A stretch of DNA of 64,000 bases. Source: an uncultured Candidatus Binatia bacterium. Lineage in GTDB: Bacteria > Desulfobacterota > Binatia > Bin18. The position numbers and the translations under genes were made by a program. The DNA lies in contig OZ241351.1 of the NCBI GenBank assembly GCA_965200355.1, positions 1,714,426 to 1,778,425 of the forward strand, read 5' to 3'. Positions 48,530-57,311 of this stretch are shown here, one piece after another. The first letter of the stretch is position 1; every line of letters begins with the position of its first letter. The notes beneath the pieces are model-generated. The model saw nothing but the letters and a program-made list of their open reading frames with translations. It did not search any database and was not told the origin of the DNA.

Positions 48530-50765
48530 ATGCAAATCCATCGGAGTAGATCTGAAGGCCGGCTGGCCGGGCTGGTATTGCTGTCCGCCGTGATGCTGGC
48601 GCCGACGCTGGCGCTGGCTCAGCCACAGCACACGCTTGAAGATATGACGGTCACGGCCCGCAAGCAGGAGCAACGCGCCTTTGACGTGCCGCTGTCGCTG
48701 TCCGTGCTGCAAGACGAGGGGCTCAGTCGGCTGCGCTCGTCGGGTATGGACATCCGCTTTCTGAACAACCGGGTGCCCAGCTTACAGGCCGAGTCGTCCT
48801 TTGGGCGCTTCTTTCCCCGCTTCTATATTCGTGGCCTGGGCAATACCGACTTTGATATGAATGCCTCCCAGCCGGTGTCGGTGATGTATGACGGCATTGT
48901 GTTGGAAAACGCCCAACTCAAGAGTACCCCTGTTTTTGATGTCGAGCGCATTGAGGTGTTGCGTGGCCCGCAGGGGACGCTGTTTGGGCGCAACACCACG
49001 GCCGGCTTCATCAAGATCGAATCGGCCCGCCCGACCTGGGATGTCGAGGGATATGGCCGCTTGTCCTACGGGCGTTTCAACAGTGTCAATTTCGAGGGAG
49101 CCCTGTCCGGGCCGTTGATCCCGTCCATACTGGCGGCGCGCGCCTCGGTGTTGGTCCAGCGGCGGAGCCACTGGGTGGACAACACCTACACTGGTGAGGA
49201 CGGCGCTCGGGGCGGCTATCGTGATGTGGCTGGCCGGCTTCAATTTTTATTGACGCCGGTGGAAAACTTTTCTGGGCGGTTCAAGGTGCATATCCGCGAC
49301 TTTGACGGCTCGCCCCGCCTCTTCCGGGCCAATGTGCTGAAGCTGGGCCATACCGACTTGGTGTCGGGCTTCCGCCGCGACAAAATCGGCCATGACGCGG
49401 ACAGTGACGCGCGGGTCAGCGGCCACGGCTTTGCCTCCGAATTGCACTACACGCTTGGGCCGGTCGAGCTCATCTCGCTGACCGGCGGAGAATGGCTCGA
49501 CGGCCTTTCGCGCGGTGATGTGGACGGCGGCTATGGCGCGGTCTTTCATCCGCCCAGCGGGCCGGGCCTGATTCCGTTTCCCGCCGAGACCGCGGACAGG
49601 ATTCCGTCCCTGCGCCAGCTCAGCCAGGAGTTTCGGCTGGAACACACGGCCTGGCAGCGGCTGAACTGGCGGGGGGGGGTCTTCTATCTCCACGAGGAAC
49701 TCGACATGTTCGGCCTCAACTACGATACCCTGGCCGGGAATATCGAGAATGGGCGTATCCAGCATGAGCCAACGGACCGAGGCGTGGGCCGAGTTTACCG
49801 CGGCCACCTTCGCCCTGACCGAGAACATCGAAATCGCCGCCGGGGTGCGCGTCTCCGAGGACGATAAGGAGTACCGTATCGAACGGCTCCGGTCGCCCAT
49901 TGGCGCGGGTCCGCTGGGCCCGCTTCGCGAGGCTCCGCGCGACTTGGTGCCGAGTTGGGACCTGAGCCTGCGCTATCAGCTCCGGCCCGGCATCCAGCCC
50001 TATGTACGGCTGGCCAGCAGCTTTCGTGCTCCCAGCATTCAGGGCCGGCTGTTGTTCAGCGACGAGGTGACGGTAGCGGACACCGAAGACATTCTCTCGG
50101 TTGAGCTTGGTCTGAAGCTGCGGTTGTGGCAGCGGCGCCTGCATCTTGATCTGGCGGCGTATCATTTCTGGATGAACGATCAACAACTGACCGCGGGGAG
50201 CGGGGTGGACAACATCAACCGCCTGCTGAACGCCGACCGCACCATCGGCCGGGGCATTGAGGCCGAAGGAGCCGTGGCCCTGGGCTACGGCCTGCACCTG
50301 ACGGCCGGCCTGAGTTATAACTATACCCGGCTGGACGATGCGGGTCTGTTCGTTCAGCCGTGCGGCGCGGCCTGTACGGTCCTTGACCCACCCGGCCCGG
50401 TTCCGGGCACGGTCTCCATTGACGGCAACCGTTTGCCTCAAGCCCCGCGCTGGATCGCCAGTCTGAACCTGAGCTATACGCGGGTGCTCGCCAGCGGCGC
50501 GGCGCTCATTCTTGCGACCGACTGGGCGTATCGCAGCCGCATCAACTTTTTTCTGTACGAGTCACGCGAGTTCCGCGACAATCATCTGCTTGAGGGTGGC
50601 CTGCGCCTGACTTGGTTGTCGGCTTCGGGCGGGTTGGAAGTGGCCGCCTTTGGCCGAAATATCCTGAACAATGTCTCGCCCACGGGCGGTATTGACTTCA
50701 ACAACCTGACCGGTTTTCTCAACCAGCCACCCGTCTGGGGTATCGAAGCAACGCTGCGCTTGTGA
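48530..50765 (+). CDS. TonB-dependent receptor; single-base frameshift near 49765-49770 splits it into two ORFs
   Basis: Signal peptide. Plug domain (...VLRGPQGTLFGRNTTAG). C-terminal beta-barrel in a second frame (49749-50765) ending ...GIEATLRL. Confidence 0.7.
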
Positions 50766-50814
50766 GTTGGACGAGGGCCGCTGAGGCGTTGGAACCGGGG
50801 AGAGGGCCGACACG

Positions 50815-51522
50815 ATGAAAAACGTTCTTTTGTGGGCACAGCGCTCCGTGATAAGCGCGGCGGTGGTCACGCTCTTGTGGGGTGCGGACGTGGTGTATGG
50901 GCAGGGGAGCGGCTTGTATGTCGGGACGACAGGAGCCTTAGAGCTTGTGGATACCGCGTATGCCAAAACCACCGATAATACCGACCCGCGTAATATCTCA
51001 GCCCACCGTGGCAAGGTGTATCACAATAGCGATGCCGACACGGAAGTCGGTGCTGGGTTCGGCCTGCTGGCCGGTTATCGTGTGTGGATTGGTCAGAGCC
51101 GGTTGTTGCTGAGCGGCGAGCTTGATGTGGCCCTGCACGGCGGGGCGGTGCGGAGTCGGCAGGCCGGCGCTGGAGAGTCTGCCGGCCGCAACCAATACGG
51201 CGAAAGCTGGCCCGATGGCTGGGCCTTTGAGAAGGACTGGAGCTATGGTTTCACACTGAAACTTGGCGGCAGTCCGGCCTGGCTGCACCCCTGGGTCGGT
51301 TCTGATACGAGCGTATACGCCCTGGCTGGCGTCCGTCGGCTGCGGACCCGCCTGCGGCTCGACTACACGGGCTGTCCCTTTGCCACTGCCCTCTGCCCGC
51401 CGGCCGAGTTTACCTCGGGGGCGAACGCCTGGACTGAGCATCTCATCGGCTGGATGGGACGAGGGCCGGGTCCTCCAACATTACGAATCCCAAACGGAGG
51501 AAGAATCGGTGGCGGAAGATGA
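50815..51522 (+). CDS. outer-membrane beta-barrel protein (OmpA-like / porin family barrel), C-terminus uncertain
   Basis: Signal peptide, alternating amphipathic strands. A different frame (51263-51619) may carry the true C-terminus. Confidence 0.45.
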   Translation: MKNVLLWAQRSVISAAVVTLLWGADVVYGQGSGLYVGTTGALELVDTAYAKTTDNTDPRNISAHRGKVYHNSDADTEVGAGFGLLAGYRVWIGQSRLLLSGELDVALHGGAVRSRQAGAGESAGRNQYGESWPDGWAFEKDWSYGFTLKLGGSPAWLHPWVGSDTSVYALAGVRRLRTRLRLDYTGCPFATALCPPAEFTSGANAWTEHLIGWMGRGPGPPTLRIPNGGRIGGGR

Positions 51523-51767
51523 GGCCACGCTCGATGACCCAACGCAAACGGTCATGGAGATTCCTCACGAGTTGGTCCCATCCGTCAGAGCGTTGCTCTC
51601 GAAACACGCCGAGTCGTAGGTCCGTCTTGCAGGGCGGATGAGCCTAGCGTAATCCGACCTGAAGGGCGGGGCCGCGGGCGGTCCGGCTGTGGCGTTTGCG
51701 GTGTTGCCAAACGTGCCGGGCTCAGGCAAAACGGAGCATATCTTACGCAAGGAAAAGGAGAGGTCGC

Positions 51768-52049
51768 ATGATTGCACTGGTGGCAAAGCTGACGGTTCGT
51801 GAAGGTAAGGAGCAGGATTTTATTGACGCCATGAAGGATGTCGTTCCGGCCGTGCGTGAAGAGCCCGGCAATAACGCCTATGTCATGAGCCGTTCAAAAG
51901 AAAACCCGAGCCTGTTTGTATTCTACGAAGAGTATACGGACCAAGCCGCTGTTGATGCCCATCGCAAACATTTGGGTGAACTCGGAGTGGACCTGAGAGC
52001 TATCCTGGCCGGCGCGCCGGCGCTCGAATTCTATGAGAAGGTCTACTAA
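51768..52049 (+). CDS. antibiotic-biosynthesis-monooxygenase (ABM) domain protein
   Basis: MIALVAKLTVREGKEQDFIDAMKD... Confidence 0.7.
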   Translation: MIALVAKLTVREGKEQDFIDAMKDVVPAVREEPGNNAYVMSRSKENPSLFVFYEEYTDQAAVDAHRKHLGELGVDLRAILAGAPALEFYEKVY

Positions 52050-52103
52050 GGCGGATTCCCCGGCTGGAGTCGCCTACCGACCGAAGAGGGACACGCCAGA
52101 ATC

Positions 52104-52880
52104 GTGTCCCTCTTTTCGTTGGTCTGTATGAGTCGTGAATATCGCCTGCTCCTGTGCTCCCTGGTCGGCCTGTCGGTGCTGGCCTGGATTGTCACTGTCC
52201 AGCATATGGGCGGAGCCGGGTATGCCCTGGTGATGGGCAGTATGACTATGGGGATGCCGTTCTCAGTCATCAATATGCTGCTGTATATCGGCCTGTGGGG
52301 GGTCATGATGGTGGCCATGATGTTTCCCGCTATCGTGCCGGTGGCCGGGATATTCGCCTCCCTGTCCAGACGGCAGCGCGCACAACAGCTACCGTCCACG
52401 CCGGTATGGGTCTTTGTGTCGGGCTATGCGGTGCTGTGGACCCTCACCGGCGGCGTTGGCTATGCCGCGGATTTGACGATGCAGACCTTGCCAACCCATT
52501 TCCCCCTGCTGAAGACCCATCATCTGCTTATCAGCGGTGGCCTGCTGATGGTGGCCGGCCTCTATCAACTGACCCCGCTCAAAGACCGCTGCTTGGCGCA
52601 CTGCCGCTCGCCTTTTGCGTTTCTGATGGCACACTGGCGCAACGGCTATCGGGGCGCTTTTCAGATGGGGATGTCCCACGGGCTGTATTGTCTCGGGTGT
52701 TGCTGGAGTCTGATGATGGTCATGTTTATCATGGGGACGATGAATCTGGTGTGGATGGGCGTGCTCAGTATTGCCATCGTGCTTGAAAAGAGTCTGTCTT
52801 GCGGCCCGACCTTCGGCCGCGGGGTTGGGGCCGCCTTGATCGCGCTGGGGATTGCGGTGAGTATGGGCTTGCTGACGTAG
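52104..52880 (+). CDS. DUF2182-family predicted metal-binding membrane protein (start possibly 52128)
   Basis: Six TM helices; conserved H/C residues (...CLAHCRSP..., ...CLGCCWSLMM...). Confidence 0.6.
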   Translation: MSLFSLVCMSREYRLLLCSLVGLSVLAWIVTVQHMGGAGYALVMGSMTMGMPFSVINMLLYIGLWGVMMVAMMFPAIVPVAGIFASLSRRQRAQQLPSTPVWVFVSGYAVLWTLTGGVGYAADLTMQTLPTHFPLLKTHHLLISGGLLMVAGLYQLTPLKDRCLAHCRSPFAFLMAHWRNGYRGAFQMGMSHGLYCLGCCWSLMMVMFIMGTMNLVWMGVLSIAIVLEKSLSCGPTFGRGVGAALIALGIAVSMGLLT

Positions 52881-52918
52881 GGTAAAATCGAAAAGCCACC
52901 CGCAGAACGAGGACCCGC

Positions 52919-53374
52919 ATGATGCTCGACATTGACCCACAGGCCAAACACGGCGTCCAACTCGACCCGGTGACCGTGACGGCTGAGGATATTCGGTCCT
53001 TTGCCGAGGCGATGGGCGACCTGAACCCGCTGTATACGGACGTTGAGGCCGCGCGTCGCGCCGGCTACCAGGACGTGATCGCCCCCCCACTGTTTTGTAT
53101 GCGGATGCGCGGCGGGAAACTCTTGCCCGAGGTGGCGCTGCCGGCCGGCTTTATGAGTCTGCACGCGGGACAGGAGATCGAATTCCACGCCGAGATTATT
53201 GCCGGACAGACCTACACCATGACCGCGCGGGTGGCCGATGTGTATGAAAAAACAGGCCGGAGTGGTCCCATGCAGATCATTGTCCGGGAGTCAACGATTA
53301 CGGATGCCGCGGGGCGGACTATCGTGACGGTCCGCGAGCGCCAAATCGTGCGCTCACCACAAAAGAAAATCTAG
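52919..53374 (+). CDS. MaoC-like (hot-dog fold) dehydratase
   Basis: ...DLNPLYTDVEAARRAGYQDVIAPPLF... Confidence 0.7.
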   Translation: MMLDIDPQAKHGVQLDPVTVTAEDIRSFAEAMGDLNPLYTDVEAARRAGYQDVIAPPLFCMRMRGGKLLPEVALPAGFMSLHAGQEIEFHAEIIAGQTYTMTARVADVYEKTGRSGPMQIIVRESTITDAAGRTIVTVRERQIVRSPQKKI

Positions 53375-53383
53375 CCAGAGCGT

Positions 53384-54358
53384 ATGCGTATCACCTTAGA
53401 CCCCTGGGGGGGCGATTACGGCAGCCAGATTACGACGCCACAGGCGGTCGATGCCGACCATCCCTCCGCCCAAGTGACCGGGCGGCAGGTCGAGGACGGT
53501 CCCTGGCAGCCCCGAACACCAACGCCTGAGCAGATGCCGAAGCGGACCGCGGTGATTGACGGTGTGATGCGGGTTGATGCGCCGGCGGTGCTGGGTGACG
53601 AAGAAACCCGCTTCCTGGCCCTGTTCGGCTCGTATGCGGCTGGAGCGGTCGTGATTGACCGCCGGGTTGAGATTATCGAGGAACAGCTCGACCGCCTGTT
53701 TATTGTCGGCGGTGGGCAATCCGGCCACGATGTGCTGGTGGCGGCCGGGACGGGGGGAAAAATTCCCCTGCGCTACCGGCGCATGAGCGTGTCTGACCTG
53801 ACCCCGGACTCCTTACGAGAGAGCCTGATGACGGCCATGCGACGGACGGAGAACGACCTCGCCCGTAAGCTGTCTGGAGAGGAGCGGCTGGTGCTTGCGG
53901 ACGGGAATCTGACCTTTCTAGGCGACAGCTCTTCTGTGGTCGGGGTCATCAAAACGATCCAGCGCATGTATCTTGCGCCGCCGCAGGCAAAAATCCTGGA
54001 GCGGCTTCAGCCGGGGGAACGGACGCCGCTGTTTGAGTTTTCTGGCAGCAGTCGGCGCAAAGGTTTTGAGGTCTTCACCTGCTATCTACGCCTGATGAAC
54101 CCCCGCCCGATTGAGCATCCCTTTACCGGCCTGGCGCGGCTAGAAGTGAAAGCCGGGCTGGGTATTCAGAAGGCGACCGCGCTGTTGGACCAAGCCGCCA
54201 GGGTAGTCTCGACGCTGGCCTCCCGCGCGCCCAAAGACCCGCGCGCGCCCCAGAATTTGATTCCCATCGGTGGACTGGAGCGGCGGCTGCGGCACCGGCT
54301 GGGCGACCCCAGGCTGGTCCGGCGCTGTATTGAGAAAGCCCTGCTGAACCAGGTATAG
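53384..54358 (+). CDS. nurA: NurA-like 5'-3' nuclease (RNase-H-like fold)
   Basis: ...AVIDGVMRV (DGS-type motif at about residue 58); ...LVLADGNLTFLGD second acidic motif. Sits immediately upstream of herA-like, the canonical partner. Confidence 0.5.
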   Translation: MRITLDPWGGDYGSQITTPQAVDADHPSAQVTGRQVEDGPWQPRTPTPEQMPKRTAVIDGVMRVDAPAVLGDEETRFLALFGSYAAGAVVIDRRVEIIEEQLDRLFIVGGGQSGHDVLVAAGTGGKIPLRYRRMSVSDLTPDSLRESLMTAMRRTENDLARKLSGEERLVLADGNLTFLGDSSSVVGVIKTIQRMYLAPPQAKILERLQPGERTPLFEFSGSSRRKGFEVFTCYLRLMNPRPIEHPFTGLARLEVKAGLGIQKATALLDQAARVVSTLASRAPKDPRAPQNLIPIGGLERRLRHRLGDPRLVRRCIEKALLNQV

Positions 54359-54395
54359 CCAAACGGCCAGGATAGCTAAACGGAAAGGAGAAGGC

Positions 54396-56096
54396 ATGGG
54401 GAGAGTCATCGGCACGCAAGATGCCACGCCGCTCGAATTCTGGGTGTGGCTCGAAGAAGACGAAGCGGTCCAGGTTGACGATGCCATCGTGGTCGAGACC
54501 GACTCGCCACACGGACCGCTGAAATTATTCGGCATGGTCAATATCGTCCGGGCGCGCCATCAGGGTTCGACCTTTGACTCCGACGTGGTTGAAGCGGAGC
54601 GCGGCCTGCCGGTTGAACTGTCTATCGCCGCCCACGTCAAAGTGACCCGCCTGATGCCCGAGTATTATTATCCGCCCATGCCGGGCGACCCGGTGCGCAC
54701 GGTCACGGATGAGGAATTTGACCAAGCCCTGTTTATGGACACTATGGAGCGCAAGTTTCCGCTGGGTCTGTCCCTGTCCGGCAAGGAAGTCGTGTCCGGC
54801 AATCTTGATTTTCTGAATGGCCGCAAGGGCGCGCATATGAATATCAGCGGCGTGTCCGGCATTGCCACCAAGACGACCTATTCCACTTTTCTGTTGCACA
54901 GCCTATTGCACTGCGGGCAGTTGACCGACGCGAAAAATACCCACGCGATTATCTTCAATGTCAAAGGCGAAGACCTGCTGTTCCTGGACAAGGCAAGTAA
55001 CGCGCTCGGTCTCGAAGACGAGGCCCTCTACGCGCAAATGGACTTGCCGGCCGCACCGTTTGATTCGGTCCAATTCTATGTCCCGCCCACGGAAAACGCG
55101 CGGGGTCCGATCATGCCCAAGGTCGGCGCTCGCAAGGCCGATGAAGTCACGCCGTATTTTTGGACGGTGCGGGATTTTTGCCGGCAGCGTTTGCTGCGCT
55201 ATCTGTTTGCCGAAGGTGGGGAAGAAGCCTCGCTCCTCTCAACCCTGATTTATCAGGTCGAGCGTAAGTTGCTGGAAGCCGCGGAAGCCGCGGACAAGGA
55301 AGGGCCCGGACCGGGTGTATTTCTGCAAAGTGAGCCAGACGGCGAAGCCGCACAGCAGGAAACCGCGCTGCCTTCGACCGAGATTCGAGATTTTTCGGCC
55401 CTCCTCCGAACGATGGAGGCCCTGGCCGGTGCAACCAACCATTCGGCCGGCACGGTCGGCGCGTTTATGCGGCGTCTGTACGGAGCGGAAGAGAAGGTTT
55501 CGTATATTATCCGCGACCCGGTCGATTCCGACCCGACCCGCCATGCGATCAACTGGCGCAATAAGCAGGTGACGGTGGTCAGCCTGAGCGGCCTGTACGA
55601 AGTGGGCAAGAGCTTTGTGGTCGGCTCGGTCCTGCAACAGATTCAGGCCGAAAAAGAAGCCACCGGCTCAGCCGAACCCCTGTGCTTTATTGTGGTGGAT
55701 GAGCTGAATCGCTACGCCCCCCGTGACGGCTGGTCGCCCATTCGAGAGCGGCTGCTTGAAATTGCCGAACGGGGGCGGTCCAGCGGCACGATTCTGATTG
55801 GCGCGCAGCAAACCGCCTCCGAAGTAGAGCGGCGGATTGTCGCCAACCCGGCTTTTCGGATTGTCGGACGCCTGGACGCGGCGGAAGCCGAGCGGGCCGA
55901 ATATGGCTTTCTGCCCTCCACCCTGCGCCAACGGGCTGCGATTTTAACACCCGGACGCATGATCGTGTCTCAGCCCGATATTCCGACCCCCGTCCCCCTG
56001 CTGTTTCCCCGTCCGGCCTGGGCCACCCGGGCGGATGAACAGAAACTGCCGCCCCCTAAACTGAAGTTTCGGCGTGTTAGAGAAAGTGAGTATTAG
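54396..56096 (+). CDS. herA: HerA-like (FtsK/HerA superfamily) hexameric ATPase/helicase with atypical P-loop
   Basis: HAS-barrel-like N-terminus. P-loop region reads NISGVSGIATKTTYS. Walker B ...LCFIVVDELNRY. Arginine finger region present. Confidence 0.55.
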   Translation: MGRVIGTQDATPLEFWVWLEEDEAVQVDDAIVVETDSPHGPLKLFGMVNIVRARHQGSTFDSDVVEAERGLPVELSIAAHVKVTRLMPEYYYPPMPGDPVRTVTDEEFDQALFMDTMERKFPLGLSLSGKEVVSGNLDFLNGRKGAHMNISGVSGIATKTTYSTFLLHSLLHCGQLTDAKNTHAIIFNVKGEDLLFLDKASNALGLEDEALYAQMDLPAAPFDSVQFYVPPTENARGPIMPKVGARKADEVTPYFWTVRDFCRQRLLRYLFAEGGEEASLLSTLIYQVERKLLEAAEAADKEGPGPGVFLQSEPDGEAAQQETALPSTEIRDFSALLRTMEALAGATNHSAGTVGAFMRRLYGAEEKVSYIIRDPVDSDPTRHAINWRNKQVTVVSLSGLYEVGKSFVVGSVLQQIQAEKEATGSAEPLCFIVVDELNRYAPRDGWSPIRERLLEIAERGRSSGTILIGAQQTASEVERRIVANPAFRIVGRLDAAEAERAEYGFLPSTLRQRAAILTPGRMIVSQPDIPTPVPLLFPRPAWATRADEQKLPPPKLKFRRVRESEY

Positions 56097-56106
56097 GGGG
56101 GCGGGT

Positions 56107-57285
56107 ATGAGATTCCTCCACACCTCAGACTGGCATGTGGGCCGGACCATTCGTAATCGCTCCCGGCTGGACGAGCACCGGGCCGTGTTTGCCGAGATCG
56201 TTGCGCTTGCCAAGCGCGAGCAGGTTGACGCCGTTCTGGTGACAGGGGACATCTTTCACGAGCGCCGCCCGCCTCTGGCCGCCGAGGAATTGGTAGCGCA
56301 TACCCTGGCCCAACTCGCTCGCGCCAATATCGTCTCGGTCGTCATTCCCGGTAATCACGATGATGCGGCCCGCCTGCGCACCCTGAAACCGCTGGGCGAT
56401 TTGCTCCAGGTGCATATGATGACCGACCTGAGTCCAGACCTTTCGGACCTGATTGTTCCCATTCCCCAGCGGACCGGAGGGGAAAAGGCGCTGGTAGGCT
56501 GTTTGCCCTATCTGCACCCTCACCGGGTTCTCACCACGGCTGAAGGCAGCGACAAAAGTGAGAGTGAACGCCTCAGTACGTATCGGAGCGAAGTGCAGGA
56601 AACTCTGCGCGCCCTGGAGAAGGCGATGGAAAAGATGGACAGCAATGCCGTGTCCATCGTACTCGTCCATGCGCATATTGACGGCACGGAGTTTGGCGGA
56701 GGCGAATGGCGCTCCAGCGTCTTCCCCATTGATCCTGGCAGTCTGCCCAGCGGCGTCCATTATGTAGCCCTGGGGCATATGCACCAGCCTCAGAAAGTCG
56801 GCGGGACAGCAGCGAAAGCCTACTACGCCGGCTCGATTCTGCAAATGGATTTCGGCGAGCGGGGGCAACAAAAAAGTGTGTATCTGATTGAAGCCCCGCC
56901 GGGTAAACCGGCAGAGGTTACGCCCATTGCTCTGACTCAAGGCAAAGCCTTACTGCGCCGAACGGGAAGCGCCGAAGAGATATTGTCGCAGGCCGAAGCA
57001 TTCACCAATGCCTGGGTTGAAATCGTCTTAAAGCCGGAAGGCCAAACGTCCGAACTGATTGAGCAAATCCGAGCGTTGCCGGGCGTGGTCTCAGTCCGGT
57101 TTGCAGAGACACAGGCGAACGATTCCGTCGGCGAAGCGGTCCACAATCCGAACAAGCGCCCCCCGGCGGAACTGTTCACCGACTATTATCAGTCAAAACG
57201 CGGCACAGAGCCTGAGCCGCAGCTTGTCGCCCTGTTTGAGCGCTTGTATCAGGAGGTCAGCACCGCCCGGGATGAGCCCGTCTAA
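56107..57285 (+). CDS. sbcD: Mre11/SbcD family double-strand-break repair nuclease
   Basis: MRFLHTSDWHVGR (motif I), VTGDIFHE (II), IPGNHD (III), VLVHAH (IV), GHMHQ (V). RBS agggggg. Confidence 0.9.
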   Translation: MRFLHTSDWHVGRTIRNRSRLDEHRAVFAEIVALAKREQVDAVLVTGDIFHERRPPLAAEELVAHTLAQLARANIVSVVIPGNHDDAARLRTLKPLGDLLQVHMMTDLSPDLSDLIVPIPQRTGGEKALVGCLPYLHPHRVLTTAEGSDKSESERLSTYRSEVQETLRALEKAMEKMDSNAVSIVLVHAHIDGTEFGGGEWRSSVFPIDPGSLPSGVHYVALGHMHQPQKVGGTAAKAYYAGSILQMDFGERGQQKSVYLIEAPPGKPAEVTPIALTQGKALLRRTGSAEEILSQAEAFTNAWVEIVLKPEGQTSELIEQIRALPGVVSVRFAETQANDSVGEAVHNPNKRPPAELFTDYYQSKRGTEPEPQLVALFERLYQEVSTARDEPV

Positions 57286-57311
57286 GTGCAGTCCCCCTCC
57301 CAATTCTCCCC

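Noticed and set aside
48380-48530. Fur-box-like sequence (aatgataaacgg) upstream of the TonB-dependent receptor
   Set aside because: Only about 9/12 match to half of the Fur consensus. Too weak to call.
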